The notes under the pieces were generated by a model. The model was not told the DNA's origin. It worked only from the letters and a program-made list of their open reading frames with translations, and ran no database searches. A DNA stretch of 63,308 nt, counting the filler, from Octopus bimaculoides (lineage: Eukaryota): NCBI RefSeq assembly GCF_001194135.2. It is 3 parts of 3 records of this genome, joined end to end, with 100 filler letters (N's around TTAATTAATTAA, not from the genome) between each part and the next. Parts side by side here need not be neighbours in the genome. Positions count along the whole stretch, not along the records: positions 1 to 31,208 come from NC_068987.1; positions 31,309 to 62,138 come from NC_068984.1; 1 more part is not named here. The stretch is one strand, 5' to 3'. A program made the position numbers and the translations under genes. The number at the start of each line of letters is the position of its first letter. Within the stretch, counting starts at the first letter, position 1. Of this stretch, positions 20,413-31,429 are shown piece after piece.

Positions 20413-20984
20413 AAGACTTCCCCCCGACCCCACCGCCAACCACCCTTAAAAAAAATTTCTATTTTCGACACAGACCTCCTCTTTCGACTACGAGGAATAC
20501 GAATCTGCAAAAAAAAAAAAAAAAAAAAAAAAAATTGGCAAAAATCGACATTTCTAAATTCCCACCCAACTCACCCCCATTTCCTTCATTTTTAACTTTT
20601 TTCACAAGTTTTTTTTCAAAATATGCGGAAAAAATACGGAGATTATGATTCTGAAAAAAAATTCCAAAAATCTTTGTAAATTTTTTTTTTAAGAATTTTT
20701 TTTTCTAAATATGCGGAAAAATACTGACATCATGATTCGGACAAAAATTTCAAAACATTTCTGTACTTACAGTTAAGGTTTTAGGGTTTTAGGGTTAGGG
20801 TTAGGGAAAAAAGTCAAAATTGAAGAAGTTTGGAGGCGGTGGTGGTGGTGAAATTTCACAATGTCGATATTTGGCAATTTTTCGGAACCTCCGTGTTCGA
20901 AAACGGGGATTTTTGGTAAAAAAAAAATTTATAAAAATAAACAAATTCGGGAGAAAATGGGGTGGGGGACGGGCGGAAGTCTTT
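20413..20984. mobile_element. Diverged long-TIR (foldback-like) element with a central TTAGGG tract
   Basis: Inverted blocks 20413-20433 / 20961-20984 and 20530-20566 / 20844-20882, internal direct repeats near 20617 and 20705, and ttttagggttttagggttagggttaggg at about 20779-20806. Confidence 0.55.
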
Positions 20985-21667
20985 CCGGAGTTTTATTTGA
21001 TGGATTGTTTTTTGGATATTTGTAATAAACATATAGTTATTTCCATTGGATGTTTTTACATTTTACATACATTTACATAAAAAAAACAACAACTTTATAT
21101 GGTAATAAGGAATTAAGATGATCACTTGTTGGTCCTCTCTAATCCTCTGCAATGAATATCTGTCATCTAGCTTAAAATCAGCCCCTTGCACATGAGTGCA
21201 TTAAGCAGAGTTTTCTCTATTGTAAACATTCGGAATAGGTCTCCGGATTGATGGTATCATTTTCTTTCCTTCTTCTATTCTGGAGGACCTGTTAAGTGTA
21301 ATCGGGGCTGCTATTTCTCCTCTCATTAAGCTACAACAAATTTAAAAGCTAGCAATGTACTACCGAATTATTCCCGTGCAGGACATCAGTTTCTGGGGTA
21401 ACTAATCAAAACGATATTATTTTTCGGGAAACGTAAATCTATTAGAAGATTAGGTGCACTGACGATGATGGCGAAGGAAAGCAGTGACCGCTGCATCTTC
21501 AGCTTTCGATTTATTAACAATGAAATATACCCCGTTTTATGAAAACTAAGCATGTTTATATCCTGATAAAATAATTTCAAAGACAAATTTACTTAAATTT
21601 TTTTACCCATAACAGAGAGACTTACACATAAATATTTTTACTTCCACGCATACATATCAGATGGTTG

Positions 21668-21971
21668 GTATGTGTGTGTATGTTTGTGAATGTATGTATG
21701 TATGTATGTATGTATGTATGAATGTATGTATGTATGTATGTATGTATGTATGTATGTATGCATGTATGCATGCATGCATGTATGTATGTATGTATGTATG
21801 TATGTATGAATGTATGTATGTATGTATGTATGTATGTATGTATGCATGTATGCATGCATGCATGTATGTATGTATGTATGTATGTATGTATGTATGTATG
21901 TATGTATGTATGTATGCATGTATGTATGCCTGCATACATGCACTCCTGCCTGCATGCATGCATGTATGTAA

Positions 21972-22027
<56 letters not shown>
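21668..22027. repeat. (ATGT)n/(ATGC)n/(TG)n compound microsatellite
   Basis: Directly visible. It explains the HTYI/MYVC ORFs in the track. Confidence 0.97.
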
Positions 22028-22987
22028 CACAAAAATCGAAGCAGTCATTTACAAAAACACCGAAACAAAATACATCTCTATCAATAAAAAATAAAAATAA
22101 AACTCCTTCAAAAAAGTTTATAAAAATAACTGCGGAGATCGCGCCGTTATGTATTTGTTTAATTAATTATAAATATATTAAAAGCTGATTTTTTTGGTTC
22201 TGCATAACGTTCAAACCCTTCTGTAACCATATTTTTCCCGATATACACTGACTTTGTTTCAATTAATTTTGAAAATAAAGAAGAATTTTGAAAAACAACT
22301 GTCATTATTAAGCTGGTGTTTAGAACGTAAATACGTACAAGATCAGAAATTTGACCTCAGTATTTGACTGGTATTCCGTTTCATCGACGTCTGAGGGGAT
22401 GAAAGGAAAAGCTGACTCCGGCGGGATTTGTATCCAAACTGTATATCGGATATGAAATATTGAAGGGAGGTTTTTATCTTAGATTACTTTAAAACAGGTC
22501 GGGGTTGCGTCAGAGAATCATGAGCGGTCTCGGACGGATTGTTATCAAAAGAGGGTTAAGCGACCATCTTTATGAACATGCTGGAAGCAATTCCTTCTAT
22601 TGACATAACGAAAAAGTAGAGTAAATAAATAAATAAGCTTATCCATTATGCTGATCATTGGTATGGATTTACGGCAGATATAGAATATTAAAATATCATT
22701 TAAAATATTCATGTTAGAGTTATGTCCCCTGATTCAATCGATGTCGTTACTTGGTGATCTCCCCCCATCTTTAACGTCGGTCTGGATTACCTGATGTGGC
22801 TACAAAGTAGCAGATTACTTTTCGTACTTTTTATTTCTGTACGCTGCTGTTTTGAATCTGGGTTACTTGTTATTAAAGAAAAATGAAAAGAAAGAAAAAA
22901 ACAACAACGACAACAACACAAAACAAAAACAAAAGCAAAAACAAAAAACAAAAATTCAAGGTCGGTATCCAGTTGTATAGGATATTC

Positions 22988-23345
22988 CTTTCTATTCTAG
23001 GCACAAGGCCCGAAATTTTTTGGGAGGGGGGGATCGCTTAGAACGTAAAAGGCAGACGAAATACCGCTAAGCACTTCGCCCAGCGTACTAACGCTTCTGC
23101 CACCTCGCCGCCAAGGCGCTGTAACGATTCTTTTCTTCTTTCAGCACAAGGTCCGAAACTTTTGGGGAGGGGGGGGGGCAGTCGATTAGGTCGACCCTAG
23201 TACGCAACTGGTACTTAATTTATTCACCCCGAAAGGATGAAAGACAAAGTCGACCTCGGCGGAATTTGAACTCAGAAGTAAAGACAGACGAAGTATTGCC
23301 AAGCATTTCGTCCAGCGTGCTAACGTCTCTGAGAGCTCGACGCCT
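22988..23345 (-). mobile_element. Two adjacent SINE family B copies (the first internally deleted, the second near full-length)
   Basis: Both begin with a ggcacaaggc/ggtccgaaa tail. The first jumps from ggggatcgctt to agaacgtaaaaggcagacg. Confidence 0.8.
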
Positions 23346-23759
23346 TCAGTTGTATAAGTTATTGAATTATCAACTAAGTAAGTAGTAATTGACTTACATT
23401 TACTCATAGACAAACAGACGGACGGACGGACAGACAGACACAGACATTTGTAGAGAATCCATGTATGTGTGTGTAGTGTGCGAGTGTGTGTATATATATG
23501 TGAAGGATGATGATGATGATGACGACGACGACGATGAGGAGGACGACAATGACAACAGTACTAATAAGCTTATCGTATTCAGTGCTCAAGAACAAACAGC
23601 ACAACTCATAGAAAAGGGATAAAAAGAGGACAGAAAGCAGCCATAAGTTAAGTAAAGAAAGACAGCAATGGGCGCCAAAAGTGCATACACAGTACACAGA
23701 ACAAAACATAAAATGACAGAAAAACGAACAGTAAAAGAATCATAAAGAGGAAAGGGTGC

Positions 23760-23900
23760 ATAGGCACGTCCGGAGTAATCTTGGCAAACTTTGAGAAGCT
23801 GTAGCGTCCTAACAGCTAATAACCAGGGCAGGTAGTTTATTCCATGCTTTGGCGATTGTGAACTTGAAAAAATGTTTCTGCATGTCATAGGTGTTGTACT
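23760..23900 (-). mobile_element. CR1-like LINE ORF2 C-terminal relic
   Basis: QKHFFKFTIAKAWNKLPALVISC, similar to the CR1 terminal motif RKHFFSxRVVxxWNxLP. Confidence 0.7.
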
Positions 23901-24064
23901 GCATCAAGACAACCTATTATATGAATGAAAGAAACAGACGACTCTACGCTCTGTCTTCTAATAAACTCTCTCTCTTTATGGTACCGTTTGACATCTGCTG
24001 TTTCTCAAAAGTTTAGGCTGTATTTTAATTTAATTTATTAGTTTGTTCTGGAGGAATTGGTCGC

Positions 24065-24065
<1 letters not shown>

Positions 24066-24147
<82 letters not shown>
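24066..24147. repeat. (AG)n microsatellite
   Basis: Directly visible. Confidence 0.97.
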
Positions 24148-24150
<3 letters not shown>

Positions 24151-24745
24151 GAGACGCTGTGTTTGTGGGTCAGAGGAAGGAGCGTGTCTGTGAGTGATTT
24201 GATATAAATCATGTAAATCAATTGGCTGGTCTTTCTCTGGCTGCAATTTAGAATGTGTGTGTGTGTGTGTGAGTGTGTGTGTGTCTGAGTGTATCTAGCA
24301 GCACCAGATATGTTTAATATAATTTATCTATGGATGGCAGGTTTTATTAATAAATCATAGGGCAGCAAAAGACAAAAAAAAAAGAAGAAATTTTAATTAC
24401 TACCAGTGGTCTAGCGAGACCCCAATTTTGTGGTATAGAGTTTTTTGCTGCTCTTTCTAGCGGGTTAGATGTCCTGTTATAGGCATCTATGTATTTTAAA
24501 CGATGGCAGGTTTTATATAGATATTTAATGTATTTTGCCTGTCCATTGTATGCATGTATAAAACTTATGTCGCAAACATACAAACATGTGAATACTACTA
24601 TTTCTCTGCAGATTGAAAAATAAAAGTCATGAATAACCTTTGTCGATTTTCGACTCATATTTGGGTCTCAACACAATAAAGCTTTAAAAATCAACAGAGA
24701 AAGATTGGGTATTTACTCTTAGAAGATGGAGAAAAGGTTATCAGC

Positions 24746-24818
24746 TGGCGGCTACGGAGCTCGAACCCGTACCCTTCGGATATCCGCTGAGTGGTCTAAC
24801 GATTAAGCTTAACAGGCC
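24746..24818 (-). pseudogene. tRNA-Ile-like sequence (pseudo-tRNA or SINE head)
   Basis: GGCCTGTTAAGCTTAATCGTTAGACCACTCAGCGGATATCCGAAGGGTACGGGTTCGAGCTCCGTAGCCGCCA, 73 nt. The 5' and 3' ends resemble eukaryotic tRNA-Ile and it has a GGTTCGA B-box, but only 4 of 7 acceptor-stem pairs form. Confidence 0.65.
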
Positions 24819-25649
24819 CCCGACAGTAATTACCGCCAGTTTTAACGCTAAAAATTTTCCTTCTCCTAAGGTTCAATACCCAATCTTTCTGCTGTTTTTA
24901 CAGCTACACTACGTTCGAAATTTACTTTTTGCAAAGACATTCTCGACGCTTCCAAAGTTTGTTTATAATACATACATACATACATACATACATACATANN
25001 NNNNNNNNNNNNNNNNNNNNNNNNNNNNNNNNNNNNNNNNNNNNNNNNNNNNNNNNNNNNNNNNNNNNNNNNNNNNNNNNNNNNNNNNNNNNNNNNNNNN
25101 NNNNNNNNNNNNNNNNNNNNNNNNNNNNNNNNNNNNNNNNNNNNNNNNNNNNNNNNNNNNNNNNNNNNNNNNNNNNNNNNNNNNNNNNNNNNNNNNNNNN
25201 NNNNNNNNNNNNNNNNNNNNNNNNNNNNNNNNNNNNNNNNNNNNNNNNNNNNNNNNNNNNNNNNNNNNNNNNNNNNNNNNNNNNNNNNNNNNNNNNNNNN
25301 NNNNNNNNNNNNNNNNNNNNNNNNNNNNNNNNNNNNNNNNNNNNNNNNNNNNNNNNNNNNNNNNNNNNNNNNNNNNNNNNNNNNNNNNNNNNNNNNNNNN
25401 NNNNNNNNNNNNNNNNNNNNNNNNNNNNNNNNNNNNNNNNNNNNNNNNNNNNNNNNNNNNNNNNNNNNNNNNNNNNNNNNNNNNNNNNNNNNNNNNNNNN
25501 NNNNNNNNNNNNNNNNNNNNNNNNNNNNNNNNNNNNNNNNNNNNNNNNNNNNNNNNNNNNNNNNNNNNNNNNNNNNNNNNNNNNNNNNNNNNNNNNNNNN
25601 NNNNNNNNNNNNNNNNNNNNNNNNNNNNNNNNNNNNNNNNNNNNNNNNN

Positions 25650-25751
25650 GAAAAAATAATTAAAAATTTCATCATTTCTTCATAAATATAAATAATTATA
25701 TATAATTATTTATATTTATGAAGAAATGATGAATTTTTTCATTATTTTTTC
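25650..25751. repeat. 102-bp palindrome with no spacer (66-bp perfect core, 2 mismatches in total)
   Basis: Centre between 25700 and 25701, checked base by base. It begins exactly at a gap edge. Confidence 0.95.
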
Positions 25752-26354
25752 ATTATGAGGTTTTTTCAGGCTGACTACTTGATAAATTCTTATAAAGAAT
25801 TTATCCTATATTATATATATATATATATATATGCCTGGATATATCGATATATGTTTAGCTACATTTGTTTTATGTATTATTAGAGTGTTCTATCGTCTGG
25901 AAGAAGATCCGTAAAATGGCTAAAAATGATAGAGTTATTTCCCTTTATTCGCTTAAAAAAAATTCATATGAAACCTTTACGATGGAACATAGTGTGAACG
26001 CCTCTGATCATAGGTCTACTCGCCCAGTGCTTTTCTAGGGTAAAAAAAACAAAACAACAACAACAACAAAAAACAAGCAAACAAAAAAAAAGCTACAGCA
26101 ACAGGACCAGCTACTGCAACCTATTCCTTGTTTCTGAAAATAAGCTTGTTCGTTTGATAGAGTGTTCCCTAGATTTCTTTTGCTATAGTGTCCCTTCGTC
26201 ATCGTGTCCTGTATATACTTTATTCTCTCTCTGTTCAATATTTTCTAGATAAAATCTACACAAAGTATAGTGTTCTTTAGATTTAGTTTTTCTAATGTAT
26301 AGTGTCTTCTCTGTATAATGTTTTATAGATAGTGTTCTTGGGATATCTCTCTTA

Positions 26355-26665
26355 CTCTTTTACTTTTTTCCGTCATTTGACTGTGGCCATGCTGGAGCAC
26401 CGCCTTTAGTCTATAAATCGATCCCAGGACTTATTCTTTGTAAGCCTAGTACTTATTCTATCGGTTCTATTTTGCCGAACCGCTACGGTTGGGGGGACAA
26501 ACACAAACACACAAGCATATACACACACATACATATATATATATATACATATATACGACGGGCTTCTTTCAGTTTCCGTCTACCAATTCCACTCTCAGGG
26601 TTTTGGTCGGCCCGAGGCTATAGTAGAAGACACTTGCCCAAGGTGCCACGCAGTAGGACTGAACA
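26355..26665 (-). mobile_element. SINE family A with an internal deletion and truncated head
   Basis: gactgtggccatgctggagcaccgcc...tttcagtttccgtctacc...gaagacacttgcccaaggtgccacgcagtaggactgaac. Confidence 0.8.
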
Positions 26666-26789
26666 CGGAACCATAAATATAATGTAAACATTTATAGCAT
26701 TCCTTAGAAATATTTGTTCACAAGGTACCACGTTCTCTATGCCCACTGTTTTCTTAACGCGCGCGCGCACACACACACAAAGACACACA

Positions 26790-26834
<45 letters not shown>

Positions 26835-26989
26835 TTATATATGGTTTCTTGTTCCATTAAGGTAAGATGAACAAAAAGCGTGCTTCATCCTGTGTGAAAT
26901 AAGTGATGTTTAATTTAATGAAAATTTAATGTAGACTGTATAAGTACCCCGTATCTTAATACTGTGTTCATTATATATAGGAGCATTCC

Positions 26990-27260
26990 GTAGGTTACGA
27001 CGACGAGGGTCCCAGCTGATACGATCAATGGAACAGCTTGCTCGTGAATTTAACGTGCAAGTGGCTGAGTACTCCACAGACACATATACCCTTAAAGGAG
27101 TTCTCAAGGAGATTCAGCGTGACACACAGTGTGACAAAGCCGACCCTTTGAAATACAGGTACTCATTTTTGCCAGCTAAATGGACAGGAGCAACGTGAAA
27201 TAAAGTGTCTTGCTGAAGGACACAACGCGTCGCCGGGAATTGAACTCACGACCTAACCAC
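26990..27260 (-). mobile_element. CORE-type SINE that shares the family C 3' tail
   Basis: Reverse strand: gtgagttcaattcccggcgacgcgttgtgtccttcagcaagacactttatttcacgttgctcc...aaaaatgagtacctgtatttcaaaggg, followed by the same tail as 18948-19140. Confidence 0.75.
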
Positions 27261-27299
27261 TAAGAAAAAAAAAAGCAGATGATGATAATTCAAAACTAA

Positions 27300-27395
27300 C
27301 AAGATCTGGGACAGGAAAAAATAGCCCAGAGTTGAGAATACTGGCGAAAAGTCATCGATGGCCTATGCTCCATAAAGAGTGAAAGGCTTAAGCAT
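27300..27395 (+). mobile_element. RTE-clade LINE extreme 3' end relic
   Basis: QEKIAQS*EYWRKVIDGLCSIKSERLK, similar to the RTE C-terminal AQDRxxWRxxVxGLCS. Confidence 0.65.
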
Positions 27396-28476
27396 AAAGA
27401 AATTAAACGTAATACACTTTATCTAAAACCAACATATTTAGCTCTTAACGAGCTAATCTACAAGGCTGTAAGTAGGTAACGCAAGATAGAATAAACTCTT
27501 CCTCCCTGATGTTAGCAGGGTAGTACTGTAAAATCCATGAGTGTTTGTTTAGAACTTATTTCAACTATTCCTGTAGAAAATGAAACCACGAAGTTTTCCA
27601 TTGGGGAGATTTACCTCTAATCCAGCTTAAAGCCAGAGAAACCGAAAGTAAGCTGTAATAGTAGAGGTTTATTAATTTTTGTTTAGATTCCATTTGTTGA
27701 AGAATAGCGTCGTTGGTTATAGGTTATCAGTAGACCAACCACTGCTTCATTGCATTGTTGACGTTGAGAGTGACGAAGGATTGTCTGTGCAACCGGACGG
27801 AACAAATAACTACATAGTATTTGTTGTATTTGAAAGTATGGTTTTCTCCGGTTTTCTCGTTGATGGTTACAACTTTCGTCGAAAAACAACAACAAAAAGC
27901 TCACACACGTCCCCCCACACACATATGCATACACACATACACATACACACACACACGTACATGTGTATACATACATGCATACACACACATACGTATGTAT
28001 GTATATATGTATATACATATATATATATTTGCATATATATATAGGTATATATAGGTATATATATCTATATCTATATATATATATAGGTATATATAAGTAT
28101 ATATATCTATATCGATATATATATATATATATAGGTATATATAGGTATATATATCTATATCTATATATATATATAGGTATATNNNNNNNNNNNNNNNNNN
28201 NNNNNNNNNNNNNNNNNNNNNNNNNNNNNNNNNNNNNNNNNNNNNNNNNNNNNNNNNNNNNNNNNNNNNNNNNNNNNNNNNNNNNNNNNNNNNNNNNNNN
28301 NNNNNNNNNNNNNNNNNNNNNNNNNNNNNNNNNNNNNNNNNNNNNNNNNNNNNNNNNNNNNNNNNNNNNNNNNNNNNNNNNNNNNNNNNNNNNNNNNNNN
28401 NNNNNNNNNNNNNNNNNNNNNNNNNNNNNNNNNNNNNNNNNNNNNNNNNNNNNNNNNNNNNNNNNNNNNNNNNNNN

Positions 28477-28533
<57 letters not shown>

Positions 28534-29936
28534 TCGGTGGTACATATATATATATATATTCGGTGGTACAAACACGAGAGATATAACTTTATACCTAAAA
28601 AAAGAGAATATATATTTCTATATTTCGAAAAGCTACATAAATGACTAAATTTCATTCACGGTTTCGACAGAATTTATGCCATTCATGCAGGTCAAAAATA
28701 TTTGAATAGAAGCCTAAGTCCTTCACTTTTAACTTCACAGAAAAATCATTTTCCTGACAAGCAAATAGACGCCTCGTTCAAGGGAGAGAACTCCTCATTA
28801 TATTGTCTGAAACTTGCTACAGCAGTTTTGTCAAACTGACGACGGTGAGAGTCATCACGGGAATATTTTCACGGTTGTTCAGTTGCTAGGAATTATCCCT
28901 AAAACTAAACCCTATCATCTTGAAAAAACAGGAAGCGTATATTAAATAATTTTCAAGATCTATTATAATATTTGTTAAAGGAAAATATTTGGTTGAATCT
29001 TCACAACAAATTTTTTTCATTATACATACATACATACATACGTACTCATACGCGTATTCTAATATATATATATATATATANNNNNNNNNNNNNNNNNNNN
29101 NNNNNNNNNNNNNNNNNNNNNNNNNNNNNNNNNNNNNNNNNNNNNNNNNNNNNNNNNNNNNNNNNNNNNNNNNNNNNNNNNNNNNNNNNNNNNNNNNNNN
29201 NNNNNNNNNNNNNNNNNNNNNNNNNNNNNNNNNNNNNNNNNNNNNNNNNNNNNNNNNNNNNNNNNNNNNNNNNNNNNNNNNNNNNNNNNNNNNNNNNNNN
29301 NNNNNNNNNNNNNNNNNNNNNNNNNNNNNNNNNNNNNNNNNNNNNNNNNNNNNNNNNNNNNNNNNNNNNNNNNNNNNNNNNNNNNNNNNNNNNNNNNNNN
29401 NNNNNNNNNNNNNNNNNNNNNNNNNNNNNNNNNNNNNNNNNNNNNNNNNNNNNNNNNNNNNNNNNNNNNNNNNNNNNNNNNNNNNNNNNNNNNNNNNNNN
29501 NNNNNNNNNNNNNNNNNNNNNNNNNNNNNNNNNNNNNNNNNNNNNNNNNNNNNNNNNNNNNNNNNNNNNNNNNNNNNNNNNNNNNNNNNNNNNNNNNNNN
29601 NNNNNNNNNNNNNNNNNNNNNNNNNNNNNNNNNNNNNNNNNNNNNNNNNNNNNNNNNNNNNNNNNNNNNNNNNNNNNNNNNNNNNNNNNNNNNNNNNNNN
29701 NNNNNNNNNNNNNNNNNNNNNNNNNNNNNNNNNNNNNNNNNNNNNNNNNNNNNNNNNNNNNNNNNNNNNNNNNNNNNNNNNNNNNNNNNNNNNNNNNNNN
29801 NNNNNNNNNNNNNNNNNNNNNNNNNNNNNNNNNNNNNNNNNNNNNNNNNNNNNNNNNNNNNNNNNNNNNNNNNNNNNNNNNNNNNNNNNNNNNNNNNNNN
29901 NNNNNNNNNNNNNNNNNNNNNNNNNNNNNNNNNNNN

Positions 29937-30064
29937 TAGTTACAACTCGTTAAAATAACAGTTCCGCAATGTAACTTCTCGGTTTGTTGATAGAAAAACA
30001 GCCAGATGTTTCTACAAAACGAAAAGTTACATCGCGGAACTGTTATTTTAACGAGTTGTAACTA
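29937..30064. repeat. Foldback element (41-bp arms with 1 mismatch, looser out to about 60 bp)
   Basis: tagttacaactcgttaaaataacagttccgcaatgtaactt pairs with aagttacatcgcggaactgttattttaacgagttgtaacta. It begins at a gap edge. Confidence 0.93.
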
Positions 30065-30994
30065 TTTATCACCCGACGAGATACATCTGCACTGGCGAAT
30101 GCTCCTGAACTAGTTGAGGGATTGATGGTAGATGTGTCGAAACAATTGTTGGGACATAAGGCAAAGTTGATTTCAGCGGAATTTGAACTCAGAACGTAAA
30201 TCCAGAAAAACTACCACTAAGCACTTCGTCCGACGTGCTACCGATTCTGTCAGCCATATGATAATAAAAGAAAAAAACAATAAAATCACTAATGTCCGTC
30301 TTCTCTAATGTCCATCCCCCAGCAGGCTACCCAGGGAGGAAGCTTTTGCGCAGTCACTCAGCATGCTAGAAATAATATTCAAATCTCCGTCAAGTCATAC
30401 TACCATCTTTAGAATGGAAGAACATATTGCATAATGTGAAGTATATTTTCCACTTAAATGTGGCTGTCCCCTAAGGGTGGATGTTACTGTTGCTTTTAGC
30501 CCCAGGAGAACATCTCTTCCAGCTGGCTATCGACACACATCTGTGTCCTGTCTATATTTGCCAAGGGAAGTTATCTTTCCTATCTTGATCTGCGATACGT
30601 ACGGACTCGAGTTTCAAATATACTTCACTTTATCGTGCAGTTACTGTTAATACCTTGTTCAGAGATTTAATATTGCATAATGTTATCCTTAAAACAATAC
30701 GCTTGAAAACAATGCGGGATTATTATAACAAGAATTTCATATGATCATAAGTCTTCTAGAACAAGATTTTCCTGAGGCCATACAATAACAACGACAACAA
30801 CGATGACAACTTATTCCACATACAAGCTATTCGCTCTTATTGTCTTTATACTGCTACGACATTGGTTTTTTTATCAAGCAAATTGCGTACCCCCAGCATG
30901 TAGGTGTACCCTACGATCTCACAATGTCTTTCATCGTCGCCATTACTTTGTCTTACCCACCCAAACCACCAAAACCAGCTCGGGACTGTTTGCT

Positions 30995-31208
30995 CAGTTA
31001 CTCTTTTACTTGTTTCAGCCATTTGACTGTGGCCATGCTGGAGCACCGCCTTTTAGTTGAGTTAATCGACCCCCAGGACTTATTCTTTGTAAGCCTAGTA
31101 CTTATTCTATCGGTCTGTTTTGCCGAACCGCTAAGTCACGGGGACGTAAACACACCAGCATCGGTTGTCAAGTGATGTTGGTGGGACAAACACACACACA
31201 CACACACA
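30995..31208 (-). mobile_element. SINE family A 3' half, ending in (CA)n at the contig end
   Basis: ctcttttacttgtttcagccatttgactgtggccatgctggagcaccgcc...gggacgtaaacacaccagcatcggttgtcaag. Confidence 0.85.
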
Positions 31209-31308
31209 NNNNNNNNNNNNNNNNNNNNNNNNNNNNNNNNNNNNNNNNNNNNTTAATTAATTAANNNNNNNNNNNNNNNNNNNNNNNNNNNNNNNNNNNN
31301 NNNNNNNN
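31209..31308. other. Artificial 100-bp scaffold linker (44 N + TTAATTAATTAA + 44 N)
   Basis: An identical structure occurs at 62139-62238. TTAATTAATTAA places stop codons in all six frames. Confidence 0.93.
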
Positions 31309-31429
31309 CAGTTGACTCAGAATCATTGCTCTTCTTCATCACTTGTCTGCGTTCATGCGGAACGGCATTAAGTGTTTTCGCCTCTGGCATTAGGAGCGGG
31401 AAGTCGGCCTCGTTGAAAACCTTAGCCAT
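31309..31429 (-). CDS. Candidate first coding exon of an unidentified gene, truncated by the linker
   Basis: ATG at 31429 opens MAKVFNEADFPLLMPEAKTLNAVPHERRQVMKKSNDSEST with no stop before the gap. The segment is GC-richer than its flanks, and an acceptor-like tcttcctcgttcctag lies 20 nt upstream. I recognise no homology. Confidence 0.4.

Noticed and set aside
20772-20806. True telomere or chromosome fusion site
   Set aside because: Only about five partly degenerate units, inside an inverted-repeat element, with no head-to-head TTAGGG/CCCTAA junction.
24746-24818. Functional tRNA-Ile(GAT) gene
   Set aside because: The acceptor, D and anticodon stems pair poorly, so I report it as a tRNA-like pseudogene only.
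31253-31264. TTAATTAATTAA island as a piggyBac TTAA site or regulatory palindrome
   Set aside because: It is centred in exactly 44+44 N and repeated identically at 62183-62194, so it is a synthetic linker.
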